The notes: generated by a model not told the origin, from the letters alone. A stretch of DNA of 64,000 nucleotides from Octopus bimaculoides (GCF_001194135.2 NC_068989.1:4223892-4287891), one strand, 5' to 3'; counted from the stretch's first letter, positions 12,330-25,020 are shown. Numbers and translations: made by a program.

Positions 12330-13005
12330 TAATAATTTCTAACTTTGACACAAAGCTAAAGAATTTCTAAGGGCGATATGATCAATTATATATCGACCCG
12401 GTTTTTTCACTGTCCTGTGTTACATCGACTCTAGAAACGAGAAAAAAGAACAACAGAATTAACATCACAGGGACGTGATTTCAGAAACTCAAAAGAAGAA
12501 AAATTATAAATCGATGAAACAAAACCTTTGATCCTAGACGAAGCGGACTTTGCATTGCATTGTTTTAGCATTTAGGAAATAATGGTTTCAATTTTTGGCT
12601 CAAAGCCAGCAATTTTAAGGGAGTTCGTGAGATCAATTACATCGATCTGTGTGTTGAACTGGTGCCTCTTTTATCGACCCCGAAATATTAAAATTCGACC
12701 TCGTCAGAATTTAAAAGCAGAAAGTAAATCAAACGGAAGAAAGGCTGCTTAGCATATTCGCCAGAATCTGCCAGCTAGACACCTTAATAGTTTTTCTAAA
12801 TTTGGCAGAAGACCATTAATTTGAACGAGGAGAAATTAATGACATCGACCCCAGTGTTCCACTGGTACTTATTTTAGGGACTTCGAAAAGATGAAAGATA
12901 TAGTGAACCACGGCGAAATTTGAACCCAAAATGTAAAGAGACGGAAGAAATATCGCTAAACAAATTGTCCGATTCGCTAACGGTTCAACAAGCTTGCCAC
13001 GTTAG
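12330..13005 (-). mobile_element. Tandem train of at least three degraded family A SINEs
   Basis: Repeated reverse-strand blocks ATCGACCC, CTGGTACTTATTTT, GAAAAGATGAAAG, GAATTT and AATCTGCCAGCT at about 12330-12500, 12580-12785 and 12790-13005. Confidence 0.7.
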
Positions 13006-14021
13006 CAGTTAAGGGCTTCTCACACAAATACAGGAGCCACATATTTAGGGGAAATTAGGAAAAAGAAAGCGATTAAACTGATCACTGAGTTTGAATAGTG
13101 ATTGTTTCATCAAAAATAAAGCAGACGATACGCGGATCCGAACTACAAAAGCGTAATAACTTACTGTGAGTCATATGATCTCGTGCTCAACTAATTCATT
13201 TGTTACTTTTAAAGAAATCAATAATAGCGAAAAACTTCGATAGAGAATATTTTGATGTATGCGATATTGCTTCGTATTTGAGTTTCTTATTACTGTCGTC
13301 AATTTACTATATTAAACTTGTTAGTGTTGACTTTAAATTTATGTCTTTTAATGTTGTAAGTCTTGTTTTCAAGTTTCCTATTGTTGTTGGTGTCCATGTT
13401 GTTATTCTTGCTGGTCTTTTCTTTCTCGATGTAATATATCATAAATATCTCTTGATTTCCTAAGAGACGCAGCCTTTCGTTCAAAGACCACTGCGAAGAT
13501 GATGTACGCATTTAAAGTGAACTGTGTGAATGCTTATGTACAAATAAATGCGTGTGCGCATGCGTGTTGTGATTGTGTATGTGTGTGCGTGTGTTATATG
13601 GATATACATAGGTAAGAAGATAGATATGTGTCTGTGTGTGAGTGTGTGTGTATGTTTGCATGTGCTTTTTGTTTGTGAGCGGATGTATATGTGTGTATGT
13701 GTATATATATGTATTTATATATATGTATATATATGTATATATATATTTATGTTCGTATATAAGTTTTTCATACAAACACAAGTGTATGTGTATGTGGTGT
13801 AAGTGTGCGGGTGGGGGTAATAAATCTCTTCTTACGACTTCTAAAAATTAGGTTATATGGCTCCGCGTATATATCAATGTATGGATGTACGTACAAAGAG
13901 ACAATGTGTCCACATACATACATACATACATACATACGTATATTCTTTCAGTCTCTCTATGTGTCTCTCCCTCTCTCTCTCTCTCTCTCTGTTTTTCTCT
14001 CTCTTACTCTCTCTCTTTGTA

Positions 14022-14072
<51 letters not shown>

Positions 14073-14176
14073 NNNNNNNNNNNNNNNNNNNNNNNNNNNN
14101 NNNNNNNNNNNNNNNNNNNNNNNNNNNNNNNNNNNNNNNNNNNNNNNNNNNNNNNNNNNNNNNNNNNNNNNNNNNN

Positions 14177-14229
<53 letters not shown>

Positions 14230-15224
14230 CATACTTACTTATATGTATATGTATATATATATAAACTGTGTGTGTATGTGCGTGCCTATACTCTATGCGC
14301 GTAAACATAAGATGAATCCTAGATAGTGTACATATTTATACATAGAGCAATTAATTGTTTGTGTGACTACATAAAGTTTAATGGCATCTAAGAAGTGCCG
14401 CGTTCCGTGTAAAAGACTACTTTAAGTGGCAAAACAATGAGAAGGAAATTAATTTCTACTTCACATCAAAGAAACAATCACCAGACTGCGATAAAATTCC
14501 AAGAATGGTAAATGGTTTGAAGCTGTGCCTGTGGCTGGTTCTGCTGGTGGAGTAGAGCAAATTTCTGTTAACTGTGGAAACGTAGTCGGGGATATGTTTG
14601 TGGCTTTTTAGTTAGGTTTTCATGTCGGCCATTACGTTTTGGTGTACATCAATATTTTTTGTCAAACTTGTTGGTATTTTGTAGGAGAAAGTGTCGTGTT
14701 ATTGTTGTTGGTAATGGTGGTGGTAGAAGTGGTGGTGTTGTTATTGGTGTCGGTGATAGTTGTGGTGGTGCTGGTAGTGGTGGTATTGGTAATGGTGATG
14801 CTTGTGGTAGTGATTAGTGTTGTTATGGTTCTAATTGTATTACAGTGGTTATGATAGTAGAAAATAGATGTGGCGGTAGTAGAGGTGGTTGTTGTGGTGT
14901 TGGCAGAAATGACGTTGGTCGTGTATGGTAGTTATTCTGTTACTTTTGCTGTTGTTGTTATTTCGCTTCACTAAACAAACATACGGTAAATAAAATAAAA
15001 CAAAACAAAATAAAATAAAATAAAACATATCGAGTGTGACCATCACGTCCTTTTCGTGTTGAGTGCAGGAAGTTGATGACTATATTCCTCTGCGAATCAT
15101 TTCTTAAATCAACAAGGCGTTATTTGAAGTAGATTTAGTTGCTATTTGTAGCAGATCAGGTAAAGGGTCACCTGTTGACTCCTGCTTTTTAGGTGAGTTG
15201 TACAAGTGCTAATGGTGGTTGTTT

Positions 15225-15372
15225 TCGAGATAGAATTCGCACTGCGTCGGTTACGACGACTAGGGTTCCAGTTCATCCGATCAACCGAACAGCCTGCTCT
15301 TGAAATTAACGTGCAAGTGGCTGAGCACTCCACAGACACGCGTACCCTTAACGTAGTCCTCAGGGAGATTGA
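15225..15372 (-). mobile_element. SINE family C 3' and central part
   Basis: GTTCCAGTTCATCCGATCAACCGAACAGCCTGCTCTTGAAATTAACGTGCAAGTGGCTGAGCACTCCACAGACAC is the reverse complement of the block at 33130-33250 and matches 55645-55720. Confidence 0.8.
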
Positions 15373-15489
15373 TGGCATTTTAAGTCTACCACCCAAGTTT
15401 GCCATGGTAGGATTTGAACTCTTAACGCAAAGAGCCGGGCAAATGCAACAACGCATCTAACACGATGTTCCTACAGTACCATGCTGTCG

Positions 15490-15642
15490 ACTGCCTTCGA
15501 CTGGTGCAGTTCTATTGACCTGAGAGGATAGAAGGTTAGTTTGACCTCGGCGGAGTCGAACTCAGTATGCAAACAGTCTGTACAAATACTGCATATCCTT
15601 CTGTTCTGCTCTCTAACCACTCTGCCAATTCGCAACCTTATT
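15490..15642 (-). mobile_element. Degraded family A SINE
   Basis: TTTGACCTCGGCGGAGTCGAACTCAG and CTAACCACTCTGCCAATTCGC are the reverse complement of the family A head and B box. Confidence 0.7.
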
Positions 15643-16848
15643 CTGGCTTTTGTTCTTTCTGCTGTTTTTATGCATGTTCAATATTATGTTGTGAATGTAC
15701 GAGGTCTCCTGGTTAATGTATTAGATTCACGGTAACGAGATCGTGGGTTTGATTCTCAAATAGCGTGAAACCTTGTGTCCTTCACGTTTCTTTACTCCTT
15801 TGAAAGGACAACCAACTGCAGCTGGAAGTTAACTCTTCGGATTGGACTCCAGATCAAGTTGACGTCCTGTCCTCTCAGATGCTTATACGCCTCGGAAAAC
15901 CGGACTAAGTTCCGGGCTAATGAACATGTAAGCTCGACACAGACTTTAAATTTGCTTAACGTCTAGACCCATAGCCACTCAAATCGAATAAACCCGTGAT
16001 AAATAAAGATAAATGGCCATTTCACAGGCACATCGCTCTGTATATGCCACAATTACATCCAATTGAGAGCCATACTTTTACAATCTAACAATTTGTGGTT
16101 AATTATATGCGATGCAGTGATGCAGTTTAAGTTTATTGATTGTTTTCCCTCGTTGTCTGGTCTGTTCATTTATGCCAGTAGAGTCTAGTACTGGTCACCA
16201 TCGAATTGGTGAGTAAGGCAGAAACAATAGATGTGGTAGTTAGGTCTGCTAGAAATGGCAGTTACAGATTGTTTAAATTTTACGGAACTCACTTTTAAAG
16301 GATTGAATATGCAGAAACCCAGTCGCTGTATATAAATGAATATCCGTAGAATTTCTACACTTGATAAAAATTCAATCTATAGTTAATTACATGCGATAAA
16401 CTGTAGTGAACAAAATGAATTTTTCTTTATCATAGGATAAATAATGAAACATGCACAAATATACATATATCAATGCGAAATGATATTACACATATACATA
16501 CGCCGTACCTGTTCCCCTGTTTGGGGAAACTTGGGTGAAATTAGATTACAATTTCCAACAGTTTGAACCATCAAGCAGCGGTTCCTTCGTTGGTCTTTTA
16601 TTGTTATAGAAGTGGTGTGATTTGATTAAGTGATGGCGGGTTAGGGATAGGTTGGTGATAATGATGACTCTAACGAAATGGCTTCATCATCATCATCATC
16701 ATTGTCGTCATCATGTTGGTCGTGGTCGTCGCTTTCGTGATCATCATTATTGTTGTTACGTTTGTACGGGTGGTTTGTTATTGTTGTTATGGTGGTGGTG
16801 GTGATGATGACACTGATGCTGCTGTTGTTGCTGCTGCTNNNNNNNNNN

Positions 16849-16950
16849 TTATTGTTGTTATGGTGGTGGTGGTGGTGGTGGTGGTGGTGGTGGTGGTGGT
16901 TAGGATGCTTGTGGTAACGATGCAGTCTCACGGTGGTGATTGTAGTGAAG

Positions 16951-16987
<37 letters not shown>

Positions 16988-17084
16988 CAGCAGCAGCAGC
17001 AGTAGTAGTGGTAGTAGTAGTGGTAGTAGTAGCAGGAGCAGAAGTAGTAGTAGTAGTAGCAGTAGCTGCAGCAGCGGCAGTAGC

Positions 17085-17140
<56 letters not shown>

Positions 17141-17168
17141 CTGCAGCAGTGGCAGCATCGGCAGTAGC

Positions 17169-17220
<52 letters not shown>

Positions 17221-17250
17221 ATAGTAGTAGTAGTAGTAGTAGTAGTAATG
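16849..17250. repeat. Compound (GGT)n-(AGT)n-(AGC)n microsatellite field
   Basis: Direct triplet runs; the poly-S, poly-V and poly-L ORFs are artefacts. Confidence 0.97.
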
Positions 17251-17731
17251 GCGCGGGAATGTGTGGTATTTGTAGAAGAAGTTTAGTAGTGGTGTTGGTG
17301 ATGATGTTGGTGATGGTGATGGTGATGGTCAGATTCGTTGTTTGCAGTGGTGACAACGAACTCAATCAACCAAAAGCCTCTTCTGCAAATGATTTATTTT
17401 AACAGATGAATTCTTCAGTTTTTAAATGTAATTGCTTTCAGATGTTCTCAAACTGAGAATTGCATTGTCATCTGGTTGTTGTTGTTTTCGTTCTTGTTAT
17501 TGTTGTTGTTTTTGGTAGAATGATCGCTGCAATAATATCTATTGTTTGTATACTTGTTGTTGGTGACATTGTTTGTGTTTTTGTTGTTGTTGCTGGCGCA
17601 AGTACTGTTCTCTGACGTCGCCAATGCGACAAGAAAGAGCAAATCTCTTTTTCCTTTAAAGTACAGCGAATCTGGAGTAATCAAAACTCAAAAAAAAAGA
17701 AACCATCTTCATTATTGTTATTGTCTTTAGC

Positions 17732-17865
17732 ATTCCGCTGAGGTCGATTTAACCCTTCACCCTTTCGGGGTCGATAAATTAAATACCAGTTGAGTACTGG
17801 GGTCGATGTAGTCGACTATCCCCCTCCTCCCCCAAATTTCAGTCCTTGTGCCTATAATAGACTGG

Positions 17866-17933
<68 letters not shown>

Positions 17934-18350
17934 TATTATTCCGTGTGCAAGGTTTCGAGCTAGCAGAATCGTTAGCACGCTGGACTAAGATCCATAACGG
18001 TGTTTAGCTCGTCGTTGCGTTCTGAGTTCAAATTCCGCCAGGGTCCACTTTGCTTTTCATCCTTTCGGAGGGGATAAATTAAGTACTAGTAAAACAGTGG
18101 GGTCTGTATAATAGAGTAGATCCCCTTCCTCCAAATTTCAGGGCTTTTGGCTTTCGTAGAATGGGTTATTATTATTATTCCATGTGCAAGGTTACGAGCT
18201 GGAAGAATCGTTAGCATACAAGTCCAAATACTTAGTAGCGTTTGGTCCGTGTTTACGTCCTCAGTTCAAATTCCGCCGAGGTCGAAGTTGCCTTTGGTCT
18301 ATTCGGTCTTAATAAAATAAGAACCAACTGAGAACTATCGTCTATGTAAT
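17732..18350 (+). mobile_element. Head-to-tail train of three family A SINEs separated by (ATT)n
   Basis: Copies at 17732-17866 (5' truncated), about 17950-18165 and about 18190-18350. Shared GAGTTCAAATTCCGCC B box and CCTTTCGG..GATAAATTAAGTAC core. (ATT)n at 17866-17940 and 18167-18179. Confidence 0.88.
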
Positions 18351-19351
18351 CTGGAGCAAAACATCTCATTTTACGTCACTTCAGTTAATTCCCCTGTAAA
18401 TGAATAAACCTGAAATGGACTGCATTTCTGCTCAGTGGGTATCTGGTAATCTCAGCCACTTCTACGACGCAGAAATAAAAAAACTGGCGTTTTGACTCCC
18501 AGCACTCGAACAGACTAATATCCAGGTGATTTATTTTTGTTACTTGCATTATTACACCTGCCACATATATAATCTGCATTATTTAATTTAACGCCGCAAT
18601 ATATATTTCGTTTCTTGTTGTGTCTTGGGAAGGTGTTTACGCCAAATAATACATGCGCTGGCACAATATCACTTCTTATTCTTGACCTTGAAGATAGAGA
18701 GAATCCCATTGATGAAGTCGTGAATAGCGACAAAAGAACTTTGACTAACAAGCAATGCATTAAACAAACAGTCGATTAGTTCATTCGTTAGATATTTAAT
18801 CAATTGGCAAGTAAGAAAAAGAACTGATATTGAGCAAGTGCGTGTGTTATTATTACCAGCGTAATGACCCTGAAAGACAAAACAAAATTTGTTTCAACAC
18901 ACGAATTCACATCAAGAACCTTGTAAACCAAACTTTAAAAAAAACAAGGAAACGAAGTATATTTCATTTATTTCCTCAGTAATTATTTCTAATGCCTGGT
19001 TAGTTTGATTATGGTTTTATTTCCCATGGTCTTTGATATTTTCATCGTGTTTGATATTTTTCTGGTTTGTAGTTATTCTTAACTTTTTTAGATTCTATCG
19101 CTTTCAATTCAAAATTAATTTCGTTTGTTGTTTTCTAAATCAATGCATTCATTTATTTCTGCTGAAACCAGTAGTCTTTGCTCCTCTTCTTATTTAAGCA
19201 GTGTTAAGTTTCGACTTCTCTACTCCTTGTTTACTCTGTCATCTCCTGTGCTGCGTTTTAATATCAGATCAGCTTTGGTGAGTGTTTTTGTTTGCGTTCT
19301 CTTCTCATGAGTGTTAGAATTTAATGATTTGTTTAATATTTTTCTTCTCTA

Positions 19352-19569
19352 AGGTGTCGGGCTGACAGAAAAGTTAGCACGCCGGGTGAAACATTTTGCC
19401 GTATTTTGTCTTTCTTTATGCTCAGACTTCAAATTCCGCCGATGTCGACTTTGCCTTTCATCCTTTCGGAGTCAATAAATTAAGTACAAGTTGTGTACAG
19501 GGCTCGATCTAATCGAGTGGCTCCCTCCCCAAATATTTCGCCCTTGTGCCTAGAATAGAAAAGAATATT
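19352..19569 (+). mobile_element. Full-length family A SINE (tail type 2)
   Basis: GGTGTCGGGCTGACAGAAAAGTTAGCACGCCGGG ... TTCAAATTCCGCCGATGTCGACTTTGCCTTTCATCCTTTCGG ... CCCTTGTGCCTAGAATAGAAAAG. Confidence 0.88.
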
Positions 19570-20585
19570 AACTTGTACGGAAAATTACTACACAGCCACG
19601 CCTACGCCTATAATAAAAAAATATTTTTCTTGTTAATTTAAATAATATTGGAACGGGTGAAAATAAATGAAGAAACAAGTAAAATTAACAAATTCGCTTG
19701 ATAACCCATGGTGTACCCAACCACAGTGCGAATGCGTCGTCGTTCGATCAGTTAGAAATAGTAGCACATTCGCCCCCAAAGAATAGCCTATTGTCTCAAA
19801 TAAATGCAGGATATATTGTCAAGAAGAATAGAACAGAGTGTTTAACTGCATCGCTTTCACAGAAGGTTAAGGTCTTGGGTGGAATGTCTTCTATCAATGA
19901 TATGCTCAATCAAGAGTGACATTATATCTAAATAACATCTTATCCTTATCTCTCTTACGCTAGCAGAAGAGCTAACTATTTAAAGGTAAAATATCATTTA
20001 CAAAAAAACATTCGGGTAGTAAAGGCGCCATAACAGGAAATTAACTGACAGATTCTTCATTGAAAATGACATGTTAGAATGCTTTACTTCTCACACACAA
20101 ATCGAATAAATTATGTATGTAGGTGTACGTGCGTGTGTTATGCAATCTGTAAACAATGTTTGCGAGTTAGCGTCTGTATCTGCGTCTCATATTCCGTATA
20201 AGCGATGTTTGTGAGTATGAGATGGTGTGTCTAGTTGTGGGAATATCTGATGTGTGTGACGCATAAACGGTTTGTTTGCATATACCAACACACTTATTTT
20301 GTTTATTCAATTTTCTTTACACTACTCACTACTCGCCTGTTTTTTATCTCGCAATCTCTTGAAGTATAAATCAATACACTCTGGTTTTCTGATTGTGATT
20401 TTTATATATACATATATATATANNNNNNNNNNNNNNNNNNNNNNNNNNNNNNNNNNNNNNNNNNNNNNNNNNNNNNNNNNNNNNNNNNNNNNNNNNNNNN
20501 NNNNNNNNNNNNNNNNNNNNNNNNNNNNNNNNNNNNNNNNNNNNNNNNNNNNNNNNNNNNNNNNNNNNNNNNNNNNATATATATG

Positions 20586-20649
<64 letters not shown>

Positions 20650-20733
20650 CATATCTATATAACATATAAATACATAAATATATGCATGTATGTATATACA
20701 CATGCATACTTACGCACATATATACACACTCAT

Positions 20734-20736
<3 letters not shown>

Positions 20737-20816
<80 letters not shown>
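20737..20816. repeat. (GATA)n microsatellite
   Basis: Perfect tetranucleotide run. Confidence 0.97.
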
Positions 20817-21544
20817 TAAAATCTTAGTTAAAACGTTATAAAAGCATTTTATAGATATATAATGGAAATACATTCATAATATATGAAATAGTTTTTTCAC
20901 GGACACACGCTCTAGCATACGCAACACAGAAATAACCCACGTGATGGTCAGCAACGGATATCAAAACGTGGAAACATTAACAGAATAACCACTTATGCAC
21001 ATATCCGATTATCTATGGTATTTTACACCGGAAACGATCGTTGAAATATAGAGAAACCTCTTAAAGTATATCTGCTTATAAAATAAAATGCACAAGTCTT
21101 TACATCTTACCTCAGCTCTTTGCTAATACGCTTTTCACAAGGAAAATGTTTTCTACACATTTATGAATTATTTATGCGATATTTGTCTCAGTGATCTTTA
21201 GAAGGTACATTACTCTCTGTTAATTACAAATTAGCTTTCTTATATTACAGAAACATTTATATTTTATCTGAGTTCATCACTAAAATACTTTACGCAATAA
21301 AAAGTATTTTAGACCACTTAAAATATTTTGTAATGTTAAATTCTATATTTCTCTATTTGCGTTCATAAATATTTTTTTTTCGGCCTTGAACCTTTTAACT
21401 TTCAGCTGATAACAGCAAATTCCATGATATCATTTGTTTAATGTTATGGTTTATATCATTTGTTTAATGTTATGGTTTATATCAACGCTGTAGTATATTC
21501 TATGATGCGAAAAATCTTATTATTTTCTTCGAATCTTTTTATAG

Positions 21545-21607
21545 GATAAACTGCTGTCGAAAATTGACGAACGGGACCTAGAGACAGCTATTAAAGAAGA
21601 AGAAGAA
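21545..21607 (+). CDS. Internal coding exon (63 nt, phase 0/0) of the RING-finger gene: DKLLSKIDERDLETAIKEEEE
   Basis: Pyrimidine-rich acceptor ATTTTCTTCGAATCTTTTTATAG, open frame 0, consensus donor GTAAGT at 21608-21613. Joins in frame to 38304 to give ...IKEEEE-CVICLG..., an acidic stretch directly before the first RING cysteine. The join is inferred, not transcript-verified. Confidence 0.75.
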
Positions 21608-22216
21608 GTAAGTATTTGAAATACAATAATTCCAGAGCATGAATGAAGTATTTATCTGTTGTTTTTATTTTATTTACTCATGCATATTTCTTTCGATTCT
21701 AAATGGCGCGTTATTATTGAGATTAACCACCACCAGCCCCACCATCAGCAAAACCCATCAACAAAACCCATCAGCCGAGTTGTCTTTCACTGATTTTCAG
21801 AAAACATGGAAATATTCAACATGTATCATGTATTCATATCTGGTGAAAAATTATAAATGAAAGTCCTTACGCGAACATGCAACTTGCCAGAAATTGAAGC
21901 CAATTCTTCTTTAACTTAAAAGCTTTGCTGTATTGAATAGAGAAAGACGTATTCGAGAAGGTAGTTCTAAATGTACACATCTTTTACGTTTAGTGCTTGT
22001 TTTTCCATCCCATCAGATATTTCCCACGTCACTGACGTACTCAGAGAACAGTACTAAGAAATTTAAAGTCTTCGGTCCTCTAAACACGCCAAAACTGCGC
22101 TTGTAGACTGGTCTCTATTGCTGATGAGATTTCCATGTTTCTTCGTTTTGTGTTATTTATCTGTTAATGGTATCCAGATATCGTTGTTAGATAGACAGAC
22201 AGACAAGTAGATATAT

Positions 22217-22251
<35 letters not shown>

Positions 22252-23057
22252 CAGAGAGAGAGAGAGAGAGAGATTTATCGAAGTAGGCTTGTTAAACGTC
22301 AAGAGCTAAATGAATATGGAAAAGAAATGAAAAAATTTGTATGGTTTGACACTGAGGAAGTGAATGTGGGTGAGATATAAACAGATACTAAGAGGTAAGA
22401 TAAACAGTGGGAGAAAGAAAGAAGGAGAACAAGAGAGAGAAGAAGGCAGAGATGGGTATGCATAAACACAGAGACTCCTACACCACACAAATTGCAAATA
22501 TATTTAGATATGGAAGATTTTTTTTTAAATCATTGTGGGTAATATAAAGATTTTTGAATTTAATGTTTAGCTGCTTTTATTTCTGTCTTAGTGTTTCCTT
22601 TACACGGGAAATAAAATTAGTGGTTATAAATAATGAATAAGTTTCTAAATAGTGACATGAAAACCGAGAGAAAGAGGGGGTTCGTTTGATAGGTATGTAG
22701 GTAATTATGTACGAAGATAGGTAGAGATGGAGGCAGGCTAATGGAAGGGCATGGAGACATAGAGACGGGCATGTACGAGTTCGTGCGAATGTGTGCGAAG
22801 ATATTTGTGCATGCATGTATTTATGTGTATATATATATATATCCATGCTCCTGGAATAAATGGAAAGAATTGTACAAAGCTGGGACGAAGCATCTTAGGT
22901 TGAAAAAAAAACACAGCAGATGGTTTTTTGAAAAAAATCTGATGGATAGATAGATACAGAGAGACGTGAGGGAGAGAGTGAAAGAGATGTGTATATATAC
23001 ATATGTGTGTGTATGTGTTTGTACACTTACACACAAGCTAATCAAAGTAGTGATATA

Positions 23058-23090
<33 letters not shown>

Positions 23091-23195
23091 NNNNNNNNNN
23101 NNNNNNNNNNNNNNNNNNNNNNNNNNNNNNNNNNNNNNNNNNNNNNNNNNNNNNNNNNNNNNNNNNNNNNNNNNNNNNNNNNNNNNNNNNNNNNN

Positions 23196-23460
23196 TTGTA
23201 TATTCTCACCTATATATATGTATGTATGCATATATGTATGCATGATTGACCGTTGACTGAACACTATTCAATTTTTTTTTCTCCGTGTTTTTCTCCTTGT
23301 CTCCGTATTCTTTCTGTTGAAGAGCGTAGCTCGAAACGTCAAAGACTTTCCGTATTCCCGAGCGTCATACTAATATATACTTTTGTTATTTACACCACCT
23401 GTCCTCGTCTGTTGTTATTTTTTGTATATTCTCACCTATATATATGTATGTATGCATATA
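23196..23460 (+). mobile_element. Penelope-like / retrozyme-like repeat unit (226-bp period) carrying a hammerhead-like motif
   Basis: 39-bp direct repeat TTGTATATTCTCACCTATATATATGTATGTATGCATATA at 23196-23234 and 23422-23460 brackets a pyrimidine-rich unit; embedded in (TA)n next to a gap. Confidence 0.6.
23309..23345 (+). ncRNA. Minimal type-I hammerhead ribozyme-like motif with variant core (CUGUUGA)
   Basis: Stem I TCTTT/AAAGA; core CTGTTGA; extra A; stem II GAGC-gta-GCTC; GAAA; palindromic ACGT stem III; GUC cleavage triplet ending at 23340. Confidence 0.6.
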
Positions 23461-23624
23461 TAATTTTAAGAAAGGAGTAGTAAATAAACATACGAACATA
23501 TACATGTATATATGTGTGCGTGTGTGTATGTAAATATGTACATATATATATATGTATATATATGTATATATATATATACATACATACATATATACATACA
23601 TACATATAGATGCATACATGTTTA

Positions 23625-23692
<68 letters not shown>

Positions 23693-25020
23693 TAACGAGA
23701 GAAGTATAGAATCTGAGCTTGTGCGTGTATCTATTTGTTGTGTGTGTGTGTGTGCGTGTGTTTTAAAGCTAGATTATTGTTAGTAGATATCTTCTTGTGA
23801 TGGGAAGGCACAAGAGACATAGCCTGGGTCGATAAGAGAGAGGGTGAGGTTTCCTAAGTGAAGGAACTTCGAGTTCACAATCGATCGACTTCTATTTCTA
23901 TTTATTTATTTATTTATTCATTGTTTTTTTTTCTTGATCTCTATGATTTTTTTTTTTTCCCCTTTCTTAAATTATTTTTTTCTAGAAGCTTCCCGAAGCT
24001 TGTTTAAATGCTATTTGCTTAAGTTGTGTTTCTTGTTGGCAGGCTGATTGGCTGGTTGGCGGAGGATGTTGATTGTGTTTAGTAGTCACATTGGTGGTAG
24101 TGGTAGTGGTGGTGACCGTGGTGGTGGTGGTGGTTGTTGTTATTGTTATCGTTGTCTTTGTTGTTGTTGTCGTGGTTATTGCTGTTGTTGAAGATTTCCT
24201 TATTTTTTTTTCCTTATATATTGTTTGTTTTATCATTTCTGTACGAAGCTCTGGTGTTTTCTATGAGTGACATGGTGGTGGTGTCGACGGTGCAGGTGGT
24301 GGTGGTGGTGGTGGTGATGGTAGTTATAGTGATGCTCAATGTTGTAGTTGCGGTGGTGATGGTGGTGGTGAGGTTGCTTCTTTGNNNNNNNNNNNNNNNN
24401 NNNNNNNNNNNNNNNNNNNNNNNNNNNNNNNNNNNNNNNNNNNNNNNNNNNNNNNNNNNNNNNNNNNNNNNNNNNNNNNNNNNNNNNNNNNNNNNNNNNN
24501 NNNNNNNNNNNNNNNNNNNNNNNNNNNNNNNNNNNNNNNNNNNNNNNNNNNNNNNNNNNNNNNNNNNNNNNNNNNNNNNNNNNNNNNNNNNNNNNNNNNN
24601 NNNNNNNNNNNNNNNNNNNNNNNNNNNNNNNNNNNNNNNNNNNNNNNNNNNNNNNNNNNNNNNNNNNNNNNNNNNNNNNNNNNNNNNNNNNNNNNNNNNN
24701 NNNNNNNNNNNNNNNNNNNNNNNNNNNNNNNNNNNNNNNNNNNNNNNNNNNNNNNNNNNNNNNNNNNNNNNNNNCAAAGGTTGAGATGGTGAGATGGTTG
24801 GGTGGTTAGAAACACTGCATTATGGGAAAACATTTAATGGAAGTTTCAGATTTAATAAGAGAACAAAGAAAGAGAAAACAAGAAGTTTAAAAAAAAAATG
24901 AACAAATACGTTTTGTGTTCTTAATGACTGGCGTAGAGTATTTTCATTGAGTACACAATCATCATCATCATAATTATTACTACTACAACTCTTCGCATTA
25001 TCATCATCATCATCATCACG

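Noticed and set aside
13330-13480. Minus-strand RKRPARITTW resembling a LINE RT C-terminus; similar hint at 48200-48300
   Set aside because: Too short and broken to support a call.
14420-14520. mariner-like peptide NEKEINFYFTSKKQ; similar weak hints at 18410-18540 (HFYDAEIKKL) and 27090-27150 minus (RAGRFNNREDVK)
   Set aside because: Short resemblances only, with no TIR or catalytic motif nearby.
19202-19277. Candidate upstream exon (AG at 19200-19201, donor GTGAGT at 19278; VKFRLLYSLFTLSSPVLRFNIRSAL) compatible in phase with 21545
   Set aside because: The composition is pyrimidine-rich and intron-like, with no recognisable homology; it cannot be supported without RNA-seq.
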